Positions 23,385 through 31,173 are shown, counted from the stretch's first letter. The stretch: DNA of 47,826 nt from Candidatus Kaiserbacteria bacterium RIFCSPHIGHO2_12_FULL_53_13 (GCA_001781555.1 MFLP01000034.1:1788-49613); one strand, 5' to 3'. Notes: a model not told the origin generated them from the letters alone. Numbers and translations: made by a program.

Positions 23385-23481
23385 CGGGCATAGCGCTTCT
23401 GCCGTGTCTAGCAGCGCGACGGCGCGAGAGGCAGCGCTGTGCGAGCACGCACAGACAGCGACGGCAGAAGTGCTATGCCCG
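23385..23481 (-). repeat. Intergenic palindromic repeat, family A, copy 3 (inverted relative to copy 2)
   Basis: The outer stem CGGGCATAGCGCTTCTGCCG ... CGGCAGAAGTGCTATGCCCG pairs 19/20 plus one G-T. The core is nearly identical to the reverse complement of 14011-14107. Homology extends about 20 nt further (CTCRCTTRAGCTKGG). Confidence 0.85.
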
Positions 23482-23743
23482 ACGAGTATCCCTATTGCCA
23501 CCCCCCACCATTTTGTGCTATCCTGGTAATGTGAAATATAGAGGCGTAAACATACAGAATCGCCGTAGGACGCCTTATTTGAGGGTGTTTTAGAGCGTTT
23601 GCATTTATCCAGATCAAACTTTCCGAAACGTCCTCAAAAATGAGGCCGTTTTTGATTAATAGGGTAAAATTACACAGTAAAATAATATGAAAGCACAATA
23701 TCCGTACCACAAGGTAGCTTCATACGAAGGAGATAAAGACAGC

Positions 23744-24949
23744 ATGAAGAAAGTCGTGCTTCTCTATTCTGGCGGGCTTGATACTTCCGTTTTATTAAAA
23801 TGGATACAAGACGAATACAAAGTCAAAGTTATTACGTTAACTCTGGACCTGGGCCAACAGCATGATGACTTGGATGCCATCAAGCAGAAAGCCCTGAAGT
23901 TCGGAGCGGTCAAGGCGATAGCACTTGATGTCAAAGAAGAATTCGCGAACGAGTACCTTGCTAAGGGCATTAGGGCCAATGCCCATTACCAGGGCGAATA
24001 CCATCTTTCAACCCCGATGGCTCGGGCGATTTTGGCGAAGAAAGCTGTAGAGGTTGCGGAGAAGGAAGGTGCCGATTGCATCGCTCACGGCTGCACCGGA
24101 AAGGGGAATGACCAAGTGAGGCTTGATGGTTACATTCTGGCACACAGTCCGAAAATGAAAATAATCGCGCCAGTCAGGGAATGGGGAATGGACAGAAAAG
24201 AAGAAATCCAGTACGCCAAAGAACATGGCATACCAGTTCCTGCAACAGCCGACTTTCCTTATTCGGATGATGACAACATGGGTGGCATTACCTGGGAGGG
24301 CGGAGAAATTACAGATCCGAGCCTCATTGCTCAAGAGGAAAGATTTCTCACTACGTACACGCTTCCCAAGAATGCGCCGGATAAGCCGGAACTCATAAAG
24401 TTGGAATTCAAGCAGGGCGTTCCTGTCGCCTTGAACGGAGAAAAATTGAGCCTCGCCCCATTGCTCATGAAATTAAACAAGATGGCAGGAAAACACGGAG
24501 TCGGCACCTTTCAGGTTCTTGAAGACAGATTGATAGGACTGAAAAACAGAGGAGTCTACGAACATCCTGGGCTTCATACGATCATCGAAGCCCATCGCTA
24601 CTTGGAAAGATACGTCTCAACAAAAATCCTGAATGAAGTGAAAGAAACGATAGACACTCGCTGGGGATATCTCTGTTACGGCGCCTATTGGTTTGATCCC
24701 GTCATGGATGCCATCAACGCCTTCAATGATTCTGTGAATGAAAAGGTAACCGGGGAGGTAACCGTCAGACTCTTCAAAGGCAACACTGCAGTGGTCGCGA
24801 TGAAATCGCCTTTTGCACTTGCGTTTGCCTCCTTCAACAATGCCGAAGGCTACAAATTCAACGTGAATGCAAGCGCCGGGTTCGTTGAGCTATATTCGTT
24901 GCAGATGAAGATCGCGAACGAGATAGCGCGGAAGAAAAAGAAAAAATAA
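23744..24949 (+). CDS. argG: Argininosuccinate synthase
   Basis: The N-terminus is MKKVVLLYSGGLDTSV and the protein contains GCTGKGNDQVR. AAGGAG lies 11 nt upstream of ATG 23744. The ORF-track start 23687 would add 19 atypical residues. Confidence 0.92.
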   Translation: MKKVVLLYSGGLDTSVLLKWIQDEYKVKVITLTLDLGQQHDDLDAIKQKALKFGAVKAIALDVKEEFANEYLAKGIRANAHYQGEYHLSTPMARAILAKKAVEVAEKEGADCIAHGCTGKGNDQVRLDGYILAHSPKMKIIAPVREWGMDRKEEIQYAKEHGIPVPATADFPYSDDDNMGGITWEGGEITDPSLIAQEERFLTTYTLPKNAPDKPELIKLEFKQGVPVALNGEKLSLAPLLMKLNKMAGKHGVGTFQVLEDRLIGLKNRGVYEHPGLHTIIEAHRYLERYVSTKILNEVKETIDTRWGYLCYGAYWFDPVMDAINAFNDSVNEKVTGEVTVRLFKGNTAVVAMKSPFALAFASFNNAEGYKFNVNASAGFVELYSLQMKIANEIARKKKKK

Positions 24950-24990
24950 TTTCCTAACACCTAAACCCAAATCCCTATCACCTAATCTTT

Positions 24991-26280
24991 ATGGCAAAGC
25001 TCTGGAAAAAGTCAGAGGAAAAACTGCATCCGTCCGTTGAGAGATATACGGCCGGGACCGATCACGTATTCGACATGCAATTAATGCCGTTTGATATTGA
25101 AGCCACCCGCGCGCATGCCAAAGGCCTTCAAAAAATAGGGATTCTTACGAGCGAAGAGCTCTCAAAAATACTCTCGGCCCTCGACAGCTTGGAAAAAGAA
25201 TTCGCGAACGGGGAGATAAAAATCACTCCGGCGGACGAAGATTGCCACACCGTGATGGAGAACTACCTCGTGAATAAACTCGGCGACACGGGGAAGAAAA
25301 TACACACCGGCAGAAGCAGGAATGACCAGGTGCTTGTGGCCCTGCGCATGTATATGCGCGCTTGCGCGCGTGAATTACATGGCGCAAGCGTGGAACTTGC
25401 CTCGAGTTTTCTTGATAAAGCGGAGAAGTACAAAGATATGCCGATGCCGGGCTACTCGCACACCCAGCAAGCGATGCTCACAAGCGTCGGCCATTACCTG
25501 CTGGCCTTCACGGAGAGTTTGCTGGACGATGCAGACCATCTTGCGCTAGTCCTCAAGCACATCAACAAGAGCCCTCTTGGTTCTGCCGCTGGATTCGGGG
25601 TCTCAATTCCATTGGATAGGGAATTCACCGCAAAAGAACTCAAGTTCGACGGAGTGCAGGTCAACTCTCTTTACTGCCAGAATTCACGCGGCAAATTCGA
25701 GAGTGTTTTTATGGAAGCGCTGGCGCAGATAATGCTTAGCTTGGGAAAATTTGCGAACGACATGCTCATGTTCACTTCGAATGAGTTCGATTTCTTCTCG
25801 GTTGATGGTTCGCTTACTACCGGTTCGAGCATCATGCCGCAAAAAAGGAACCTGGATGTCATGGAGATACTTCGCGGCAACGTAAGCGTGGTTCTTGCGG
25901 ACCAGCTCATGGTCAAGGACATTTCAAAGAATCTTCTCTCCGGCTATAACAGGGACCTCCAGCTCCTGAAGAAGCCCGTAATGGAGAGCGTTGAGATAGT
26001 CCGGAGCAGCCTGCAGGTGGCAGGGCTTATGCTTTCAGGAATGACGCCGAATGAAGAAAGCATGCGGGCGAAGATAACGCCCGGCATATTCGCGGCTGAC
26101 ATCGCGAATCAGCTTGTGCAGGAAAAAGGCATGCCGTTCCGCGACGCATACAAGCAGGCGCTTGACCTCGTCTCTTCGCGCCCGGTCGACTTGAAGGAGA
26201 ATCTCGATTCAAAGGTAAGCTTGGGAGCACCCGGGAATCTCGACCTCGCTAACTATCGCCGCCGCATAAAAAATGCATGA
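24991..26280 (+). CDS. argH: Argininosuccinate lyase
   Basis: The fumarate-lyase family signature region GSSIMPQKRNLDVMEILRG and TGRSRNDQV are present. Confidence 0.93.
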   Translation: MAKLWKKSEEKLHPSVERYTAGTDHVFDMQLMPFDIEATRAHAKGLQKIGILTSEELSKILSALDSLEKEFANGEIKITPADEDCHTVMENYLVNKLGDTGKKIHTGRSRNDQVLVALRMYMRACARELHGASVELASSFLDKAEKYKDMPMPGYSHTQQAMLTSVGHYLLAFTESLLDDADHLALVLKHINKSPLGSAAGFGVSIPLDREFTAKELKFDGVQVNSLYCQNSRGKFESVFMEALAQIMLSLGKFANDMLMFTSNEFDFFSVDGSLTTGSSIMPQKRNLDVMEILRGNVSVVLADQLMVKDISKNLLSGYNRDLQLLKKPVMESVEIVRSSLQVAGLMLSGMTPNEESMRAKITPGIFAADIANQLVQEKGMPFRDAYKQALDLVSSRPVDLKENLDSKVSLGAPGNLDLANYRRRIKNA

Positions 26281-26398
26281 GTCCCGTTAGAAGTCGCGGA
26301 CGACTAAATATACTAGCAACTATGAACTCAGCATTTATCAACGATAACAAAGTAAGATACGGAGCCCGTTCCGGTTCCGCGTCTTACTTCTAACGGGA
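26277..26398 (+). promoter_or_regulatory. Start-codon clamp element E3 (between argH and argF)
   Basis: The mini-ORF ATG 26277 overlaps the argH TGA as ATGA. The 5' arm TCCCGTTAGAAGT (26282-26294) pairs 13/13 with ACTTCTAACGGGA (26386-26398), whose last A is the argF ATG. A second stem is CGCGGA/TCCGCG. The mini-ORF 26277-26393 (38 aa) ends at the TAA in the 3' arm. Confidence 0.85.
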
Positions 26399-27381
26399 TG
26401 AAACACCTAATTTCTCTTAAAGAACAGAGCGCGGATGATATCCGGGAAATTCTGGATATTGCGTCAGACCTGAAGAAGAAATATCGCGCGGGTATCGCGA
26501 CGAATTTGCTGCCGGGGAAGACTCTCGTCATGCTCTTCCAGAAAAACTCGACGCGGACGCGCCTTTCATTTGAAGCCGGAATGACGGAACTCGGCGGCCA
26601 CGCGATATTCCTGGCGTCATCGCATGCACAGTTGCCGCTCGCGGATTTTAGCGACGAGATACAGGCAATAATGCGATTCGCAGATGTGTTGATGATACGG
26701 TCCATGCACGTCAAAGACGTGCTGACGGCCGCATCATACGACCGCATCCCAGTCATCGATGCTTGCAGCGAGAAATATCATCCATGCCAGGCGCTCGGAG
26801 ATATTATGACGATGTCGGAATATTCCGGTGGACTCAAGAATGTCAAAAAAATCGCGTGGCTGGGAATAGAAAATAACGTGTGCAATACCTTGAAACTGGC
26901 TTGTGCGAAATTGGGCATAGAGGTCGTTCTTGCGACTCCCGAAGTTCATCCGCCAAGCGTTGACAAGGAACTGAACGCGCAGGCTTCCGCGACGGGGAAA
27001 GTGCGGCGCGCTAAACATCCCAAGGATGCCATTGCCGACGCCGACTACGTGCACACCGATACATGGCTCGATGCGGAGTATTTCAATAATCGCACTCCGA
27101 AGCCGGAGTTCAGCGCGGAATTCGAACGGCGCAAGGCCGTGTTCATGCCGTACCAGCTGAATGCGAAACTCATTGATACGTATGCGCCGAAGGCGCGGAT
27201 AATGCACTGCATGCCGATGCACGTCGGGTACGAAATATCACGCGACGCCATCGACCACAAGAACTCCGTCATCTTTGATCAGGCGGAAAACCGCAAGCAC
27301 GTGCAGAAGGCGATCTTGCTCTGGCTTTTGGGCGTAAATATTAATCCTGCAAAACATCGGAAAATAGGGAAGAAGCGATGA
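26398..27381 (+). CDS. argF: Ornithine carbamoyltransferase
   Basis: Motifs STRTR, HPCQ and HCMP are present and the N-terminus MKHLISLKE is typical. Confidence 0.92.
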   Translation: MKHLISLKEQSADDIREILDIASDLKKKYRAGIATNLLPGKTLVMLFQKNSTRTRLSFEAGMTELGGHAIFLASSHAQLPLADFSDEIQAIMRFADVLMIRSMHVKDVLTAASYDRIPVIDACSEKYHPCQALGDIMTMSEYSGGLKNVKKIAWLGIENNVCNTLKLACAKLGIEVVLATPEVHPPSVDKELNAQASATGKVRRAKHPKDAIADADYVHTDTWLDAEYFNNRTPKPEFSAEFERRKAVFMPYQLNAKLIDTYAPKARIMHCMPMHVGYEISRDAIDHKNSVIFDQAENRKHVQKAILLWLLGVNINPAKHRKIGKKR

Positions 27382-27384
27382 CGA

Positions 27385-28437
27385 CTAGATTTTTATTATT
27401 TTTTCCCACGAACGTCTGGCTACTCCGAAATGCCCGTAGGTGGCGGTTTCTCGGAAAATGGGGCGGCGCAAATCAAGGCGTTCTATTATTGCCTGGGGGC
27501 GGAAGTCGAAATTCTTCGTGACGATGTTCGTCAGATTTTTTCCTTTGTCGTCGAACGCTTCTATCATCACGGGCTCTGCTCGCCCGATGGCGTAAGCAAC
27601 CGACACTAGGGCTTTCTTCGCGTAGCCGTTCGCGACCAGGTTCTTCGCGACGAATCGGCACATATACGCCGCCGAACGGTCGACTTTCATCGGCTCTTTT
27701 CCTGAGAAACACCCGCCGCCATGCGGCATGAGGCCTCCGTAGGTATCGACTTGTATCTTTCGGCCTGTTAATCCCGCATCTGCTTCAAAACCGCCTTGCA
27801 CGAACCGTCCTGTCGGATTGACTAGTATTTCTATGTTCTTCGTCGAGCCGAGTACGGGAGTGAAGAGATGTTTTATGAGCTGTTTCCGTATCTCTTCTTG
27901 AGAGACTTTCTTGTCATGCTGCGTGGAGCAGAGCGCCGTCAGGACTTTACCCTTTGAGATAGTCACCTGCGTTTTGCCGTCGGGCTTCAGCCAGGGAAGC
28001 GTCTTGTCGCGGCGCAATTTCTCAAGGCGTCTTGCGAGCGCGTGCGCCAAGACCACTCCAAGAGGAAGCATCTCTTTCGTTTCGTTCGTCGCATAACCAT
28101 ACATGATGCCCTGATCCCCCGCGCCGCCCGTGTCAACGCCCATCGCAATGTCAGGTGATTGCTGTGCGATACGCACAAGCACCTCAAGGTTGTCCTTGTA
28201 GCCGATTTCCCGGTAGACGCGCCTCGCGATCTTTTCAAAGTCGACTTTCGCTTTCGTCCGGACTTCTCCGCCTATCATAAGAGTTCCGTGACTGCCGAAC
28301 GTCTCCACGCCGGCTCTGCTGAAGGGGTCTTGTTCGAGCATTGCATCAAGAATGGCGTCTGATATCTGGTCGCAGACCTTATCGGGATGCCCGCATGTGA
28401 CGCTCTCCACCGTGTACCTCTCAAGTAAATGGAACAT
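27385..28437 (-). CDS. metK: S-adenosylmethionine synthetase
   Basis: Motifs GHPDKVCDQISD, GAGDQG and DTYGG are present. On the minus strand TATAAG (28443-28448) lies 5 nt before the ATG. The stop codon is 3 nt from the convergent argF stop. Confidence 0.93.
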   Translation of the reverse strand: MFHLLERYTVESVTCGHPDKVCDQISDAILDAMLEQDPFSRAGVETFGSHGTLMIGGEVRTKAKVDFEKIARRVYREIGYKDNLEVLVRIAQQSPDIAMGVDTGGAGDQGIMYGYATNETKEMLPLGVVLAHALARRLEKLRRDKTLPWLKPDGKTQVTISKGKVLTALCSTQHDKKVSQEEIRKQLIKHLFTPVLGSTKNIEILVNPTGRFVQGGFEADAGLTGRKIQVDTYGGLMPHGGGCFSGKEPMKVDRSAAYMCRFVAKNLVANGYAKKALVSVAYAIGRAEPVMIEAFDDKGKNLTNIVTKNFDFRPQAIIERLDLRRPIFRETATYGHFGVARRSWEKIIKI

Positions 28438-28636
28438 AATATCTTATAGAACCAAATATCTCCCCGACGGGAGATTATTGATAAAAGTATCTTCCCATAC
28501 GGGCTGGATGTGGCACCTTCTCTTTCGAGGGTTGTCGGCGGGTCATCAGGCCAGTTCCTTCACCGCGCTCTTGATACGATATTCAGTTGTGCACACATGA
28601 TAGCAGTCATCGTGCCGCTGTGCAATACTGCCGCAC

Positions 28637-28738
28637 GTGTCCCGTTAGAAGCCCGGGGGCGCGATATGCTTAAAGAGAATCTAAGACAATCACAAAAAGG
28701 AAGTGGATATGTTTTGCCGCGTACCGCTTCTAACGGGA
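28637..28738 (+). promoter_or_regulatory. Start-codon clamp element E4 (upstream of maf), mini-ORF decayed
   Basis: TGcAATACT (28621-28629) is followed by 7 nt and GTG 28637. The 5' arm TCCCGTTAGAAGC (28640-28652) pairs 13/13 with GCTTCTAACGGGA (28726-28738), whose last A is the maf ATG. Only 1 nt separates the GTG from CCC, so the frame stops at TAG inside the arm. Confidence 0.8.
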
Positions 28739-29304
28739 TGAAAAAAATAATTCTCGCGTCCGCGTCTCCTCGCAGGAAGGAGATACTCAAAAAACTGCGG
28801 CTTCCGTTCACGACGGAAGAAAGCGGCTACGAGGAGGACTTGGGTCTCAAACTGAAGCCGCGCTCTCTTGCAAAGCACCTCGCGCTAATGAAGGCCGAAG
28901 CTGTCGCAAGGCGACGCAAGAACGCCATTGTCATCGGAGCCGATACCATCGTTGTCTTGAAAGGGAAAGTATTGGGGAAGCCGAAGAACGCATCGGATGC
29001 GCGCAAGATGCTGAGCCAACTCTCCGGCAATATACACACGGTCATTACCGGGTTCGCCATAATAGACGTAAAAACAGGAGAAAAAGTGTCGAAAGCGGTC
29101 GAGACGCGTGTGTATTTCAGGGAGCTTGATAAGCGCGAAATATCGGATTACATGAAAACGGGGGAGCCGCAGGGTAAAGCCGGGGCATATGCGATACAGG
29201 GATTTGGGGCTGTACTTATAAAGAAAATCGAAGGCGACTATTACAATGTCGTCGGATTGCCGCTTTCCGCACTTCGTGAGGAGTTAAACAGGATACTGGA
29301 ATAA
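28738..29304 (+). CDS. maf: Maf-like nucleoside triphosphate pyrophosphatase
   Basis: MKKIILASASPRRKEIL and GKAGAYAIQG are typical of Maf. The ORF-track start 28510 would add 76 atypical residues spanning the clamp element. Confidence 0.9.
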   Translation: MKKIILASASPRRKEILKKLRLPFTTEESGYEEDLGLKLKPRSLAKHLALMKAEAVARRRKNAIVIGADTIVVLKGKVLGKPKNASDARKMLSQLSGNIHTVITGFAIIDVKTGEKVSKAVETRVYFRELDKREISDYMKTGEPQGKAGAYAIQGFGAVLIKKIEGDYYNVVGLPLSALREELNRILE

Positions 29305-29478
29305 AAAGTTATACACAGCCCTGCCCGTAAATCACTTTCTTATGTATTGGCGGGGGGTACAATGCCATGGACGTAGGAGTTCTACGGCCCTTGTTTTTTA
29401 ACAAGCGTCAGTTGAAAGCACTCCGAAGTTATTACAAAGGTCTCATATTAATAGGTTTTTAGTAAAAATTAATTCGAT

Positions 29479-29931
29479 ATGAAAGGTATTTCAATCTTCA
29501 AGAGTGCGGGATTCTGGCCGGTGATGGTTGCAGTAGTTGTTTCCGTGTTTTTTGTTGTTGCGACCGTGCAAGCAACCACGACCATTAGTACGGATATTAC
29601 TACGGGGGGGTCACTTACCGTGACCACGGGTGACACTTCGCTCCAGCATGCCTCGACGACGCAGCTCTCTAATTCAGGGGTAGCGTGGTTTACAGGCGAC
29701 ACGACACTTGGACACGCCTCGACTACTCAGTTGACAAGTTCAGGAACGGTTTGGGTTACCACTTCTGACTCCGCCACCTCGACGGTTTCTCTTGGTTGTA
29801 TACAGACAACAGCGACGTCGACATTGACCCCGATTAAGCTCAGCATTGGGGCTGCTTCTACGACAGCAGGAACTACATTTGGTGCTGCCGCTGACGGTTT
29901 CGTCACTTGGACATACGGGACGTGTCCATAA
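29479..29931 (+). CDS. Hypothetical Thr/Ser-rich exported protein
   Basis: 150 aa with an N-terminal hydrophobic segment FWPVMVAVVVSVFFVVATVQA. An internal repeat reads LQHASTTQLSNSGVAWFTGDTT / LGHASTTQLTSSGTVWVT. Two Cys lie near the C-terminus. Confidence 0.6.
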   Translation: MKGISIFKSAGFWPVMVAVVVSVFFVVATVQATTTISTDITTGGSLTVTTGDTSLQHASTTQLSNSGVAWFTGDTTLGHASTTQLTSSGTVWVTTSDSATSTVSLGCIQTTATSTLTPIKLSIGAASTTAGTTFGAAADGFVTWTYGTCP

Positions 29932-30061
29932 TAGTGGTTCATTCATCGGCTAGCTAACTCAAACATGTCATCATGAAACGAATACTCTGCATGCAGACGG
30001 CGACGGTTTGGAGGCGATTCGCTAGCGGTGTGACATTATCAGCTTCAATAGCGAGCGACAC

Positions 30062-31111
30062 ATGAAAAAATTCTTAATTTCGAGTTCGATCGCGGCATTG
30101 CTTCTGCCTGGACTCGCCCTCGCTGATTACAACGACGTAAGCTTGACCGCGAGCACGGTATTAAGCGTTGGCGGCGCAACCTTGAATGTGCACGGCACGA
30201 CCGCGGTCGTGGAGTCAATAACTGTTGGGGCTTCGAGCTTCACAGTGACTTTGCAGCCAAGCTCATCAATCGAGATCCAATCCACCGCTCACCTAACTCT
30301 CGCGACAAATGCGGAACCGGCCTATATAAGCACTAATACCTGCAGTGATACGGAGTCGATACTGAAACTCGTTTCCTCTATGGGTTCTGCGACCATTACT
30401 GTTACTCCTGGAAGTGCATGTAGCGGAACAGCCACAGGGTCCACTAGTAATACCTCAACCACAAGCACTGGTAGCGGCAGCAATGGTGCCCCGGTTGCAA
30501 GCGGCGGAGGCGGTGGTGGAGGCAGTGTCGTCAGAGCAATAACGCCTGAGCTACCTGTAGCAACGCCAGCCGTTTCCACAACGCCCGCAACCACAGTATC
30601 CGCATCCGGCTCTCTCACCGCCGACTTCGGTATTGGAGCAAAGGGCGTGGACGTGGAAGCCCTCCAGAGCTTCCTCGAGGCGAGAGGATTCCTGACTATG
30701 CCGGCAGGAGTTGCAAAAGGAACATACGGTGCTCTGACACGCACAGCAGTCCGCGCCTATCAGCAAAGCAAAGGCATCTCGCAGACTGGCTATGTTGGTC
30801 CGATGACCCGCGCTTCGGTCAATGCTGAACTTGGCGCGGGCACCTCTATGGCGGCTCCAGCATCTGCATCCGCATCCGGCTCTCTCTCCGCCGACTTCGG
30901 CATCGGAGCGAAGGGCAGTGATGTTGAGACACTCCAGACCCTCCTTGAATCGAAAGGATTTCTGACTATGCCAGCGGGGGTTTCGAAAGGAACCTACGGC
31001 GCTCTGACGCGCACCGCAGTCCGGGCATATCAGGAGAGCAAGGGTATTTCGCAGACCGGCTATATCGGCCCGTTGACTCGTGCGGCGGTCAATGCTGAAC
31101 TTGGACAGTAA
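30062..31111 (+). CDS. Secreted protein with two C-terminal peptidoglycan-binding (PG_binding_1-like) repeats
   Basis: The signal peptide is MKKFLISSSIAALLLPGLALA. A Gly/Ser/Thr linker follows. The unit FGIGAKG.DVE.LQ..LE..GFLTMPAGV.KGTYGALTRTAVRAYQ.SKGISQTGY.GP.TRA.VNAEL occurs twice. Confidence 0.8.
   Translation: MKKFLISSSIAALLLPGLALADYNDVSLTASTVLSVGGATLNVHGTTAVVESITVGASSFTVTLQPSSSIEIQSTAHLTLATNAEPAYISTNTCSDTESILKLVSSMGSATITVTPGSACSGTATGSTSNTSTTSTGSGSNGAPVASGGGGGGGSVVRAITPELPVATPAVSTTPATTVSASGSLTADFGIGAKGVDVEALQSFLEARGFLTMPAGVAKGTYGALTRTAVRAYQQSKGISQTGYVGPMTRASVNAELGAGTSMAAPASASASGSLSADFGIGAKGSDVETLQTLLESKGFLTMPAGVSKGTYGALTRTAVRAYQESKGISQTGYIGPLTRAAVNAELGQ
30598..31108 (+). repeat. Intragenic tandem duplication (period ~270 nt) encoding the two PG-binding repeats
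   Basis: ATCCGCATCCGGCTCTCTC...GTCAATGCTGAACTTGG occurs at about 30598-30837 and again at about 30868-31108 with high nucleotide identity. Confidence 0.8.
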
Positions 31112-31143
31112 ATCTCACCGTTTTATTTAGAGCGTTTGAGATA

Positions 31144-31173
31144 CAAAACCGCCCCCTTTTGGGGCGGTTTTGT
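31144..31173 (+). terminator. Intrinsic (bidirectional-type) terminator
   Basis: The stem AAAACCGCCCC / GGGGCGGTTTT has loop CTTTT, with an A-run on the left and a T-run on the right. Confidence 0.85.

Noticed and set aside
23286-23710. ORFs 23286-23501(-) and 23492-23710(-), and ORF 1332-1562(+). Two of them share the peptide ..AVAVCACSHSAAS.. with ORF 13592-14749.
   Set aside because: The shared peptide comes from translating the family A nucleotide repeat. The compensatory stem changes fit a structural element, not a protein, and there is no start context. The 23492-23710 ORF is AT-rich promoter or leader DNA of argG.
23502-23743. An ArgR (ARG box) operator upstream of argG.
   Set aside because: I could find no convincing TNTGAATWWWWATTCANW-like palindrome by eye, only AT-rich promoter-like sequence and a weak hairpin (CCTCA-AAAA-TGAGG).
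27379-27387. The convergent argF and metK stop codons only 3 nt apart, with no terminator between them.
   Set aside because: This is real but is probably just genome compaction. No structure or motif is present to support a specific mechanism.
28510-28737. Long N-terminal extensions offered by the ORF track for maf (28510), the hydrolase (32968), ddl (35274), nusB (5752), glmS (16780), nth (32138), rnhB (4874), the methyltransferase (20517), argG (23687) and the TrpR-like gene (47552).
   Set aside because: The extensions lack family similarity. They overlap upstream genes or run through promoter and clamp sequences. Shorter starts coincide with family-typical N-termini and with -10 or SD signals. 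ddl 35274 and thrS 1321 remain possible alternatives.
29363-29458. A 31-codon ORF (MDVGVLRPLFFNKRQLKALRSYYKGLILIGF*) after a TACAAT box in the maf/29479 intergenic region.
   Set aside because: The -10-like box is only 3 nt from the ATG. The peptide has no features and I have no conservation evidence.
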